Below, piece by piece: positions 55,168 through 63,639 of a stretch of 63,639 nt of DNA. This stretch comes from Eubacteriales bacterium. Lineage in GTDB: Bacteria > Bacillota > Clostridia > Oscillospirales > CAG-272. The position numbers and the translations under genes were made by a program. The stretch is taken from NCBI GenBank assembly GCA_045627885.1, contig JAZQOM010000011.1, forward strand, positions 1 through 63,639, in the 5' to 3' direction. Each line of letters begins with the position of its first letter. Position 1 is the stretch's first letter. A model generated the notes under the pieces. That model was not told where the DNA came from. It did not search any database and saw only the letters and a list, made by a program, of their open reading frames with translations.

Positions 55168-57711
55168 ATGGCTGACAAAAAAGTAAAAAAGAAAAATAAA
55201 GTTAAAGATTCGGCAAACACAAGCTCAAAGAGCACAAAGCCGGAATTTATTGATACAATATGGTATCAGCTTTGGCCCGTTATTCTTATTGTGCTTTCGA
55301 TTGTGCTGTTGTTTTTCTTTGTGTTTACAAAGAATTCGGGAGTTGTCGGCAAAGCGGTTAAATCGCTTTTGTTCGGTTTCTTTTCTTGGGGCGCATGGAT
55401 AATTCCTTTTGCTATGATTAAGTTTGTTTTTTCTTGGAAAAAGAATGTCGAAAGCAATACCGTGACAAGTAATATTGTCTATTCTGTGCTGACTGTTATA
55501 TTTGTGTCTGTTTTCGCTCATACGATTGTTCAACTCGGCGATAAGAAGATAGCCGGAGTGCTGAACATCGCGAAGCTGTATGCAAACGGCAAAGAATCAA
55601 CCGGAGGCGGTGTTTGCGGTGGTTTGCTCGGTTCTGCCTTATACAGACTTATCGGAGCTATTCCGACTTTTATTATCGCTACTGCGGTTTTGATTGTATT
55701 TGCAATATTTATGTTCGGCTTTACTCCCATGAAGCTTGCCGATATTATGGGAAATCGCATTAAAGAAAGAAAAGAAAAGCTTTCCGAAATGGCCGCTCAA
55801 AAAGCAGAAGAACGCGCCAAGGAAAGAATCGAAAAAGAAAAAGAGCTCGAAGCCGAAAGAAAAAAGGCACAGTATGAGGCTGAGCTTGCCGAGAGAGAAA
55901 AAAAGATAAGCAAGGTCAGTGACGGGCTTGAAGTGGATGATGACGAAGCAAAATCAGATGATAAGCCTATAAAAGTCGGGGATGAAAGCTCAAAAACAAG
56001 CGAAGAAATCAATCTTGAAGAAATATTCGTAAACAAAGAGAATCTTGAGCTCTCGAAAAAGCTTCTTTCCGATGATTCTTCGACGGTGCAAAGCGCTGAT
56101 ATCTCAATAAATGTATCGGATAAAGAGGAAAGTCCCGTTGTATCGGCAGAGCCGTTGCAGGCATCTTCGGAAAACGATGAAAAACACGATTATCAGTTTC
56201 CGCCGATAAGCTTTTTGGTAAAAGACAGTTCTGCAAAAGTCGATGCCGCGGAGGAGCTTAACATAACTGCCGACAAGCTTGTAAAAACGCTTGAAAGCTT
56301 TGGCGTAAAGACAACGGTTGTCGATGTCTCGAGAGGCCCTACGGTTACAAGATATGAGCTTCAGCCGCAGATAGGTGTAAAAGTCCGTTCTATCGGCAAT
56401 CTCGTTGACGATATCGCGCTTCATCTTGCCGCAAAGGGCGCCGTAAGAATAGAAGCGCCGATTCCGGGTAAATCAGCAGTCGGCATTGAGATTCCGAATC
56501 AAAGCAGTTCGATAGTTCGCCTTCGCGGTCTTATCGAAAACAGTAAATTCAACGAGAGCAAGAGTAAGCTCACTGTTGTTCTCGGCGAAGATGTTGCGGG
56601 CAATCCGATATATATGAACATCGCCGCCATGCCGCATCTTTTGATTGCTGGCGCGACCGGTATGGGTAAATCGGTTTGTATTAACAGTCTTATCATCAGC
56701 CTTTTGTATAAAGCGAAGCCCGATGAAGTAAAGCTTATACTCATTGACCCGAAAAAGGTCGAGCTGAATATGTATAACGGAATACCGCATCTTATTGTTC
56801 CCGTAGTCAGCGACCCGAAAAAAGCGGCAGGCTCATTGCGCTGGGCTGTATCGGAAATGGAACAACGCTTCCAGCTGATGGACGAATGCGGGGCTCGTGA
56901 CCTTGCCGGCTACAACGAAATAGCGGAAAATGACCCAGAGCTCAAGAAGCTTCCGGAAATTGTAATTATCATTGATGAGCTTGCCGACCTTATGATGACG
57001 GCGCCCGGTGAGGTTGAAGATGCCATTTGCCGCATCGCCCAAAAGGCGAGAGCTGCGGGAATGCACCTTGTAATCGGTACACAGCGTCCGTCGGTCGATG
57101 TCATCACCGGTCTTATCAAAGCCAACATTCCGTCGCGTATAGCATTTACCGTTGCATCGCAGATAGACTCGCGTACGATTATCGATATTGCAGGAGCCGA
57201 AAAACTCTGCGGCAAAGGAGATATGCTCTATGCTCCCGTCGGAATCAGCAAGCCTTTGCGTGTGCAAGGTAGCTTTGTAAGCACCTCCGAGGTTGAAAAG
57301 GTATGCGAATTCTTAAGCAGTGAAGCAAGCGCGGAATACGATGACGAGGTTGCGAAATCCATTGAAAAAGAAGCCGAAAAATGCGGCGTAAAGGGAAGTT
57401 TAAAGGATAAATCCGAGCAAGCAACATCCGCCGACGGCGTTGAAGACGGCGACGAAATGCTTCCGAAGGCAATAGAGATTGCGGTAGAAGCCGGTGAAAA
57501 CGGAATTTCTACATCAATGCTTCAGAGAAGGCTTGCCGTCGGGTACGCAAGAGCCGGACGCCTCATAGATACAATGGAACAGATGCACATAATCGGCGGA
57601 TTTGAGGGCAGTAAGCCGAGAAAGGTTCTTATTACGAGAGAACAGTATCTCGAAATGAAGATGCACGGCTCCGAATCCGAGTCTGTGTCCGGTGACAATG
57701 AAAATGTTTAA
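55168..57711 (+). CDS. ftsK: DNA translocase FtsK/SpoIIIE
   Basis: 847 aa. N-terminal TM helices, a K/E-rich linker, motor P-loop GATGMGKS, Walker B IIIDELADL and a gamma wHTH (LQRRLAVGYARAGRLID). Confidence 0.93.
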   Translation: MADKKVKKKNKVKDSANTSSKSTKPEFIDTIWYQLWPVILIVLSIVLLFFFVFTKNSGVVGKAVKSLLFGFFSWGAWIIPFAMIKFVFSWKKNVESNTVTSNIVYSVLTVIFVSVFAHTIVQLGDKKIAGVLNIAKLYANGKESTGGGVCGGLLGSALYRLIGAIPTFIIATAVLIVFAIFMFGFTPMKLADIMGNRIKERKEKLSEMAAQKAEERAKERIEKEKELEAERKKAQYEAELAEREKKISKVSDGLEVDDDEAKSDDKPIKVGDESSKTSEEINLEEIFVNKENLELSKKLLSDDSSTVQSADISINVSDKEESPVVSAEPLQASSENDEKHDYQFPPISFLVKDSSAKVDAAEELNITADKLVKTLESFGVKTTVVDVSRGPTVTRYELQPQIGVKVRSIGNLVDDIALHLAAKGAVRIEAPIPGKSAVGIEIPNQSSSIVRLRGLIENSKFNESKSKLTVVLGEDVAGNPIYMNIAAMPHLLIAGATGMGKSVCINSLIISLLYKAKPDEVKLILIDPKKVELNMYNGIPHLIVPVVSDPKKAAGSLRWAVSEMEQRFQLMDECGARDLAGYNEIAENDPELKKLPEIVIIIDELADLMMTAPGEVEDAICRIAQKARAAGMHLVIGTQRPSVDVITGLIKANIPSRIAFTVASQIDSRTIIDIAGAEKLCGKGDMLYAPVGISKPLRVQGSFVSTSEVEKVCEFLSSEASAEYDDEVAKSIEKEAEKCGVKGSLKDKSEQATSADGVEDGDEMLPKAIEIAVEAGENGISTSMLQRRLAVGYARAGRLIDTMEQMHIIGGFEGSKPRKVLITREQYLEMKMHGSESESVSGDNENV

Positions 57712-58039
57712 GAATCTTTTTATTCCGAAAAACGAAAACAGTCCGCGATATAAACGCTATATGGCAGGGAAGATTAACAATAAATCTCTTAAATACATAA
57801 CCGAGCGCGATGAAAACAATATGGATGTTGTGATAGGAAAGGGCGGCTCGATTCATGTAAGAGAAAGCGGTGAGCTTATCGTATATTCCGGAGGCTCGGA
57901 AATACTGTTTTGCGCCGATGTTGATAAAATTTCCTGCTCCGAGCTTATGTCGTTGGACGGAGTAATCATTGAGGGGTATGACAAAACCAAGCAAAAGCAG
58001 AGAAAGATTGTTGCCCATTATCTTTATTACAGGAAATAA
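57692..58039 (+). CDS. Hypothetical protein overlapping the ftsK stop
   Basis: 115-aa ORF with alternative ATGs at 57698 and 57704. No clear RBS and no family recognised. A terminator follows. Confidence 0.45.
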   Translation: MTMKMFKNLFIPKNENSPRYKRYMAGKINNKSLKYITERDENNMDVVIGKGGSIHVRESGELIVYSGGSEILFCADVDKISCSELMSLDGVIIEGYDKTKQKQRKIVAHYLYYRK

Positions 58040-58066
58040 AGCACGCTCCGAAACAGCGTGCTTTTT
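58039..58066 (+). terminator. Intrinsic terminator after the ftsK operon
   Basis: Stem AAGCACGCT/AGCGTGCTT followed by a T-run. Confidence 0.8.
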
Positions 58067-58081
58067 CCGTTCGAATAATTA

Positions 58082-58110
58082 TTGATTTACAGAGCATTTA
58101 ATAGTATAAT
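58082..58110 (+). promoter_or_regulatory. Sigma-A-type promoter of the vanZ-like gene
   Basis: -35 TTGATT (58082-58087), 17-nt spacer, -10 TATAAT (58105-58110). Confidence 0.7.
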
Positions 58111-58134
58111 ACTTGCAAGTGAGGTGATTTACGG

Positions 58135-58641
58135 ATGTGCAGAAAAATACTTAAAGATATTTTTTCAAGTAAATACTTTGCGCTCATTTTATGCCTTGCG
58201 TGTATGTTGTTCATTTTTTCGCGTTCGATGCGTGATGCCGATATTTCCTCAAACGAAAGCGGCGGCATTGTAAAATTTGTTATATCTTTCTTTCATAATG
58301 TCTTCGGAGTTACTCTTTCCGAAGAGGGAATTGTCGTCAAAATAGTAAGAAAACTCGCGCACTTTTCGGAGTTCTTTATACTCGGTGCTCTCTCGTTTTA
58401 TGTTAAAATGACAATTTCAAAGGATATTTTCAAGGGAGCCGGATATTCTCTTTTATACGGCGTTATGACTGCTTTATGCGATGAAACTATTCAATATTTT
58501 TACAAAGGTCGTTCTGCTGAAGTAAGAGATGTATGGATAGACTTTGCCGGATTTTTATTTGCATATCTTCTGCTCTCTTTAATATTTTACGCGGTATATA
58601 AAAAGAAATCCCGCGCAAAACGCACGGGATTTCAGTCTTAA
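58135..58641 (+). CDS. VanZ family membrane protein
   Basis: 168 aa with four TM helices. VanZ-like motifs (KLAHFSEFFILG, DETIQYF...GRSAEVRDVWIDF). Confidence 0.8.
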   Translation: MCRKILKDIFSSKYFALILCLACMLFIFSRSMRDADISSNESGGIVKFVISFFHNVFGVTLSEEGIVVKIVRKLAHFSEFFILGALSFYVKMTISKDIFKGAGYSLLYGVMTALCDETIQYFYKGRSAEVRDVWIDFAGFLFAYLLLSLIFYAVYKKKSRAKRTGFQS

Positions 58642-59426
58642 AGCTCTTCTACCGTCTTGAAGGTATAGCCGTTTTCTTTCCAATAGTCAATCAGTCTGCC
58701 GAGAATTGCGGCGTTTGTTTTTGAGGTCGGGTGCAGCAATATTATCGCCCCGTTATGCGTTCTTCCCGTTACGGTTGCGAACGCCTTTTCTTCGGAGGGC
58801 TGTTTGTTGTTGTCCCAATCTGCGTATGCAAGGCTCCAGAATACTGTTTTGTAGCCGAGCTTTTCGTTGTATTCAAGCGACAACTCATTGAATTCTCCCT
58901 CGGGAGGACGAATATATTTAGACATTTCTTTTCCCGTTAGCTCTTTATATCTTTCCGCTACCTTTTCGACTTCGTACTTATAAGTCTCGAAGTCACTGAT
59001 TTTACTCAAATTTTTGTGATTTTCCGTGTGATTGCAAACACAGTGACCGTCGTCGGATATTCTTTTTACAACATCGGATTCGTATTTGAATATTCCGCCG
59101 TTTAAGAAAAATGTTCCTTTTACACCTTTTTCTTTGAGTGTATCGAGAATTTTCACTACGCTGTCGTTTGCGTATCCGGCGTCAAATGTCAGGTAAAGCA
59201 CTTTTTCGTCTTCGCCGAGATAATATCCGCCGTGCTTTTCCAAAAATGAGGCTTCGGACGGAAGCGAAGGACGCTTTCCCTCGTTGTTCGGCATAGTGTA
59301 CCAGCCGAATGCTTCTTTTTCGTCCGAGCTTGCTTCTGTTTCGAATACGGCATATTTTGACAGACCGAAAATATTTGTGCAGAGCAGCACTGCCAATATC
59401 GCCGCAGTTTTTTTGATTATTTTCAT
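58638..59426 (-). CDS. Polysaccharide deacetylase, PdaA-like
   Basis: Start moved to ATG 59426 (RBS GGGAG). Signal peptide. NodB-domain motifs (TFDAGY, HTENH, ILLHP). Confidence 0.78.
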   Translation of the reverse strand: MKIIKKTAAILAVLLCTNIFGLSKYAVFETEASSDEKEAFGWYTMPNNEGKRPSLPSEASFLEKHGGYYLGEDEKVLYLTFDAGYANDSVVKILDTLKEKGVKGTFFLNGGIFKYESDVVKRISDDGHCVCNHTENHKNLSKISDFETYKYEVEKVAERYKELTGKEMSKYIRPPEGEFNELSLEYNEKLGYKTVFWSLAYADWDNNKQPSEEKAFATVTGRTHNGAIILLHPTSKTNAAILGRLIDYWKENGYTFKTVEEL

Positions 59427-59522
59427 AATATTCTCCCATGCGTAGTTACGCAAAATGATTTTTTGCATTAAATTTCGATATAAACCGATAAATAATTACC
59501 AAAATGAAAGGAGTTTGATTTT

Positions 59523-61736
59523 ATGACAGCTGAAATTGAATATCTTTTCATTGAAGGTTCTGTTGAAAATATAGTTTACTCAAATTCCGCAAACGGATAT
59601 ACAGTTGCGGAGATTGGCACATCGACGGAGCTTGTGACTGTAACCGGCACAATGCCTTATCTTGCGGAAGGCGAAATTGTACGCCTTGCGGGTGAATGGA
59701 CAAATCATCCGAGCTTCGGGCGGCAGTTCAAGGTTGCGTATTATGAGAAAAAACTTCCCGCAAGTGAAAATGCGATATTGAAATATCTGTCATCCGGAAT
59801 AATAAAGGGGATAGGGCCCGTCACCGCAAAGCGAATTGTTGAAAAATTCGGCACAGACGCTTTTGATGTATGCGAAAATCATCCCGAATGGCTTGCCGAT
59901 ATAAAGGGAATTACGCTTGATAAAGCTAAAGCCATCGGAGAAGCCTTTGCACAACAATTCGGCTTAAGAAGCGTCATAATGTTCTGTCGCGACTATTTCG
60001 GAATATCTACCGCGATGAGAATGTATAAGCGTTGGGGAAGCGGCGCGGTTGAAATTGTTTCGGCAAATCCGTATATTCTGTGCGACGAAATATACGGCGT
60101 CGGATTTGAAAAAGCTGATGCTTTTGCCAAAGCAAAAGGTATGACAGATGATGCTCCAGAGCGAATTTCTGCGGCTCTTAAGTATATTCTTCGTCACAAC
60201 GCCTCACAGAACGGTCATGTCTACATTCCCGAAAACAAGCTTACCGAAGTATGTAGCTCTCTTTTGGGTGTCGATAAAGCAAAGGTTGAAAATGCGCTTG
60301 AGAAGTGTATTTCGGACGGTTCTCTTGTAAAGCAGAGGCTTCTTGACAAGGAGGCAGTATATCTTTTGCAGTATTACGATGCCGAACAATACACTGCAAG
60401 CCGTCTTTATGAAATGAAAAAGCTCGGTATGATTCACAGAAATATAATAAACATCAGCAAAGCGATAAGTGACATTGAGGATGAGGACGGCATTGACTAT
60501 GCACCGCTTCAGAAGATAGCGATTCGTACCGCTGTCGAAAGCGGCGTAATGGTGCTTACGGGTGGCCCCGGCACAGGCAAAACCACGATAGTAAAAGCGA
60601 TTCTGCGCATTCTGTTACAATGCGGAATATCGGTTGCTCTTGCCGCACCGACGGGACGCTCCGCAAAGAGGCTTGAGCTTGCGACCGGATGCGAAGCCAA
60701 AACTATTCACAGAATGCTTGAAGCTGATTTAAGCGGAGAAAAAGACGACAGCTTCGGCAAAAACGAAAAAAGTCCTCTTTCTGAGGACTACATAATCATT
60801 GACGAAGCTTCAATGATTGATATTATGCTTATGGAAGCACTGCTGCGTGCAATTAAGCCGGGCGCACAGCTTCTTTTGATTGGCGACAAAGACCAGCTTC
60901 CGGCGGTAGGTGCGGGAAATGTTCTGTGTGATATAATAAATTCCGGTGAAATACCGACAGTTTCGCTAAAAGAAATATACAGGCAGGCTAATGAAAGCCA
61001 GATTATAGTGAATGCTCACGCAATAAATTCAGGCGACTACCCCAATCTCGAAAGGCGTGATGCAGACTTTTTCTTTATGCCGAGAGAAAGTCCTGAGGAA
61101 GTAAACGATACCGTTACGGAGCTTGTAAAGTACAGGCTTCCGCACGCTTATCCGGATTATGCTTCCGATGTTCAGGTTATAATTCCGTCGCATAAGGGAA
61201 AAAACGGCACTGATGCGCTGAATTTAATTTTGCAGCGTGCAATAAATCCACCCGGAAACGCGAAAGCAGAGGTAAAGCTCGGCGACAGGGTTTTCCGCGA
61301 GGGAGACAAAGTTATGCAGACTCGAAACGATTATAACATAGCCTGGACGGACAAAGACGGAATCAGAGGTATGGGCGTTTACAACGGCGATATCGGGTAT
61401 ATCACATATATCGACGGCGGCTTTGAAAAGGTTTATGTAAGCTTCGACGGCAGAAAAGCCGAATACGAATATCCTATGCTTGACGAGCTTGAGCACGCAT
61501 ACGCGATTACGGTTCACAAAAGTCAGGGAAGTGAATATCCGATTGTAGTGCTTCCTTTGTACGATTTCCCAAAGCGTCTGCAAATCAGAAATTTACTATA
61601 TACCGCCATAACAAGAGCGCAGAACATTTTGATAATCGTCGGCAGAAAAGATGTTGTTTATAAAATGGTCGACAATTACAAAGAATCGAGAAGATACACA
61701 AGTCTTGCGGATGCAATAGCAGAGAAAGGATTTTGA
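59523..61736 (+). CDS. recD2: SF1B ATP-dependent DNA helicase RecD2
   Basis: 737 aa. P-loop GGPGTGKTT, DEASM Walker B and C-terminal VHKSQGSEYP. Confidence 0.9.
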   Translation: MTAEIEYLFIEGSVENIVYSNSANGYTVAEIGTSTELVTVTGTMPYLAEGEIVRLAGEWTNHPSFGRQFKVAYYEKKLPASENAILKYLSSGIIKGIGPVTAKRIVEKFGTDAFDVCENHPEWLADIKGITLDKAKAIGEAFAQQFGLRSVIMFCRDYFGISTAMRMYKRWGSGAVEIVSANPYILCDEIYGVGFEKADAFAKAKGMTDDAPERISAALKYILRHNASQNGHVYIPENKLTEVCSSLLGVDKAKVENALEKCISDGSLVKQRLLDKEAVYLLQYYDAEQYTASRLYEMKKLGMIHRNIINISKAISDIEDEDGIDYAPLQKIAIRTAVESGVMVLTGGPGTGKTTIVKAILRILLQCGISVALAAPTGRSAKRLELATGCEAKTIHRMLEADLSGEKDDSFGKNEKSPLSEDYIIIDEASMIDIMLMEALLRAIKPGAQLLLIGDKDQLPAVGAGNVLCDIINSGEIPTVSLKEIYRQANESQIIVNAHAINSGDYPNLERRDADFFFMPRESPEEVNDTVTELVKYRLPHAYPDYASDVQVIIPSHKGKNGTDALNLILQRAINPPGNAKAEVKLGDRVFREGDKVMQTRNDYNIAWTDKDGIRGMGVYNGDIGYITYIDGGFEKVYVSFDGRKAEYEYPMLDELEHAYAITVHKSQGSEYPIVVLPLYDFPKRLQIRNLLYTAITRAQNILIIVGRKDVVYKMVDNYKESRRYTSLADAIAEKGF

Positions 61737-61737
61737 T

Positions 61738-63000
61738 ATGAATATTTATGAAAAATGCGGCTTTTTGCCAGCAAAGGTTTTGCTTCCCAAAAAAGGAACG
61801 GATATGTCGAAATGGTCGGTTATTGCCTGCGACCAATATACATCAAATAAGTCGTATTGGGATGATGTTCAAAAAATAACGGATGGCGCGCCGTCCGCAT
61901 ATTCGCTTGTTCTTCCCGAAATTTATCTTTCGTCCGATGATGTTGAAAAAAGAGTGGAAAAGATAAATGCGACTATGACCGAATACATTGACGGCGGCGT
62001 TTTCAATGAGTACGGTGAAGCGTATATCTATGTCGAAAGAACCTTGCCTGATGGCTCCGTAAGGCACGGAATAGTCGGTATGCTTGACCTTGAGCTCTAT
62101 GATTTTTCCAAGGGAAGCGAAAGCAGAGTCCGTGCAACGGAGGGCACAATTACAGAGCGTATACCGCCGAGGCTTAAAGTCAGAAAAGACGCCGCTCTTG
62201 AGCTTCCGCATATTATGATTTTGATTGACGACGCAAAGAAAGAAATAATAGAATCACTTTCAAATCTTAAATCTGATTTTGAAAAGTTATATGATTTTGA
62301 GCTTATGAAAAACGGCGGAAGGATTGCCGGATATCGTATTCCTCAAGATATTTGCGAAAAGATTGCCGAAAAGCTGTCTGTTCTTGCCGATGAAAAGGCA
62401 TTTTGCGAAAAATACGGCGCTTTTGGCAAAGGTGTTCTTCAATATGCCGTCGGTGACGGAAATCACAGTCTTGCCACAGCAAAGACGCATTATGAACAGA
62501 ACAAAAATGAAATAACAAGATACGCGCTTTGCGAGCTTGTCAATCTGCACGATACAAGTCTTGTTTTTGAGGCTATTCACAGAACGGTTTTCGATACCGA
62601 TGTAAATGCTCTTGTGGCGGCTTTGCTTTGCGAATACCCGTCGGCTAAACTCTCCGATAAGCCCGAAGCCGGCGCTCAGAATATAAAGCTTGTCAGCAGG
62701 GAAGTAAATTCTTATTTTGTACTCACCGCTCCGAAATATAAGCTTTCCGTAGCCACTTTGCAGAATTTTCTCGACAAATATCTTTCTTCTTCATCGGGAA
62801 AGCTTGATTATATTCACGGCGAAGCCGAAGCAACCGAGCTTGCAAGCAGAGAAAATACAATATCGTTTATTTTGGATGCCATGGATAAATCCGAGCTTTA
62901 TCCCGCGGTTATTGCAGACGGAGCACTGCCGAGAAAGACTTTTTCGATGGGCGATGCCGATACAAAGAGGTTTTATACCGAAGCAAGAAAAATCAAATAA
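61738..63000 (+). CDS. DUF1015-like protein
   Basis: 420 aa starting 1 nt after the recD2 stop. The N-terminal pattern (WSVIACDQYTS...PEIYL) recalls DUF1015/COG4198. This assignment is from memory. Confidence 0.6.
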   Translation: MNIYEKCGFLPAKVLLPKKGTDMSKWSVIACDQYTSNKSYWDDVQKITDGAPSAYSLVLPEIYLSSDDVEKRVEKINATMTEYIDGGVFNEYGEAYIYVERTLPDGSVRHGIVGMLDLELYDFSKGSESRVRATEGTITERIPPRLKVRKDAALELPHIMILIDDAKKEIIESLSNLKSDFEKLYDFELMKNGGRIAGYRIPQDICEKIAEKLSVLADEKAFCEKYGAFGKGVLQYAVGDGNHSLATAKTHYEQNKNEITRYALCELVNLHDTSLVFEAIHRTVFDTDVNALVAALLCEYPSAKLSDKPEAGAQNIKLVSREVNSYFVLTAPKYKLSVATLQNFLDKYLSSSSGKLDYIHGEAEATELASRENTISFILDAMDKSELYPAVIADGALPRKTFSMGDADTKRFYTEARKIK

Positions 63001-63040
63001 AAAAACGCACTTTGTCTTTATAGACAAAGTGCGTTTTTTG
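63000..63040. terminator. Bidirectional terminator
   Basis: 14-bp stem AACGCACTTTGTCT/AGACAAAGTGCGTT flanked by an A-run and a T-run. Lies between the DUF1015 gene and the convergent tRNA-Thr. Confidence 0.88.
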
Positions 63041-63116
63041 TGGAGCTGGTGGCCGGACTTGAACCGGCGACCTGTTGATTACGAATCAACTGCTCTGCCA
63101 ACTGAGCCACACCAGC
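63041..63116 (-). tRNA. tRNA-Thr (anticodon CGT)
   Basis: 76 nt. Acceptor GCTGGTG/CACCAGC, anticodon loop TTCGTAA, T-loop TTCAAGT, encoded CCA. Confidence 0.9.
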
Positions 63117-63138
63117 GTGAAGTATTCACAACAACTGT

Positions 63139-63167
63139 ATTATACCCGCACGGCGGTGTGTTGTCAA
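63139..63167 (-). promoter_or_regulatory. Consensus sigma-A promoter of tRNA-Thr(CGT)
   Basis: Minus strand: -35 TTGACA (63167-63162), 17-nt spacer, -10 TATAAT (63144-63139). Confidence 0.8.
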
Positions 63168-63224
63168 TACTTTTTTGAATGATTTATGGGTTTATTCGGA
63201 ACGAAGAACGATTTGTAAATGCTT

Positions 63225-63639
63225 TCAGTTGGTTAAGTAAATATTTGTAAGCGATTTTATCACATCAAGCGTATATTCCTGGCATAGCTCTCCCGCGTTT
63301 TTTTCAAAATGTTCATCGGGAAAATACTCACTGTTGCTGATTATTCTTATCGGTAAACACGGTATATCACTCATTTTACACATTTGCATAACAGCAAAGC
63401 TTTCCATATCCTCACAGGATGTGCCGTATGTGCTGTGGTAGTACTCTATAAGGTCCTGCTCTCGGTTCCACACATCCCCGCTTGCAAGTGTACCGCGCAG
63501 TACTTTTCCGTGCGTATACGGCACCGCCGCGGCGGCACCAATAAGATTTTCATCCCCGCATATCTCTTTTGCAAAGTATATGTGTCCGCCTTGCCGCAGT
63601 TGTGCGCCGAGAAAATGTCTTGAGGTGATATTATACCCG
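63225..63639 (-). CDS. PNP/UDP-family nucleosidase (MTA/SAH nucleosidase-like), 5' end outside the window
   Basis: The reading frame stays open to the window edge (hand translation: GYNITSRHFLGAQLRQGGHIYFAKEICGDENLIGAAAAVPYTHGK...). C-terminal motif EDMESFAVMQMC...PIRIISNSE. Confidence 0.65.
   Translation of the reverse strand, partial: GYNITSRHFLGAQLRQGGHIYFAKEICGDENLIGAAAAVPYTHGKVLRGTLASGDVWNREQDLIEYYHSTYGTSCEDMESFAVMQMCKMSDIPCLPIRIISNSEYFPDEHFEKNAGELCQEYTLDVIKSLTNIYLTN

Overview
This 63.6 kb window looks like a core chromosomal segment of a spore-forming Clostridia-type Firmicute. The lineage call rests on gpr, spoIIP, pro-sigma-K, a pdaA-like deacetylase, ftsK/spoIIIE and the ctsR-mcsA-mcsB-clpC operon. 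Coding density is very high and almost all genes are housekeeping. They include clpC, argS, murE, rplT-rpmI-infC, topA, smc, ftsY, leuS, trpS, lexA, dnaG-rpoD, secG, prmC, mnmG-rsmG, ftsK and recD2. There are three tRNA genes: Asp-GTC and Thr-GGT directly abutting, and a separate Thr-CGT. I could read many sigma-A-type promoters with exact 16-18 nt spacing and many hairpin plus T-run terminators. I found no CRISPR array, transposase, integrase, prophage or recognisable defence system, and no gap large enough to hide one. I cannot point to a convincing new multi-gene system. The candidates most worth a second look are all modest. (1) A metal-uptake locus carries two uncharacterised accessory proteins, and an orphan paralogous binding protein is coupled to yebC. 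(2) A 27-codon hydrophobic ORF lies antisense to the 3' UTR of an orphan Wzz/tyrosine-kinase fusion gene. (3) recD2 is tightly coupled to a DUF1015 gene. (4) An 831-aa binding-protein-like lipoprotein has a coiled-coil insert. (5) The left window edge matches a dif XerD arm next to a cluster of hairpins. Several ORF-track starts were moved to downstream or non-ATG starts using RBS position, gene overlaps and family N-termini. All family assignments come from reading motifs by eye and need HMM or BLAST confirmation.
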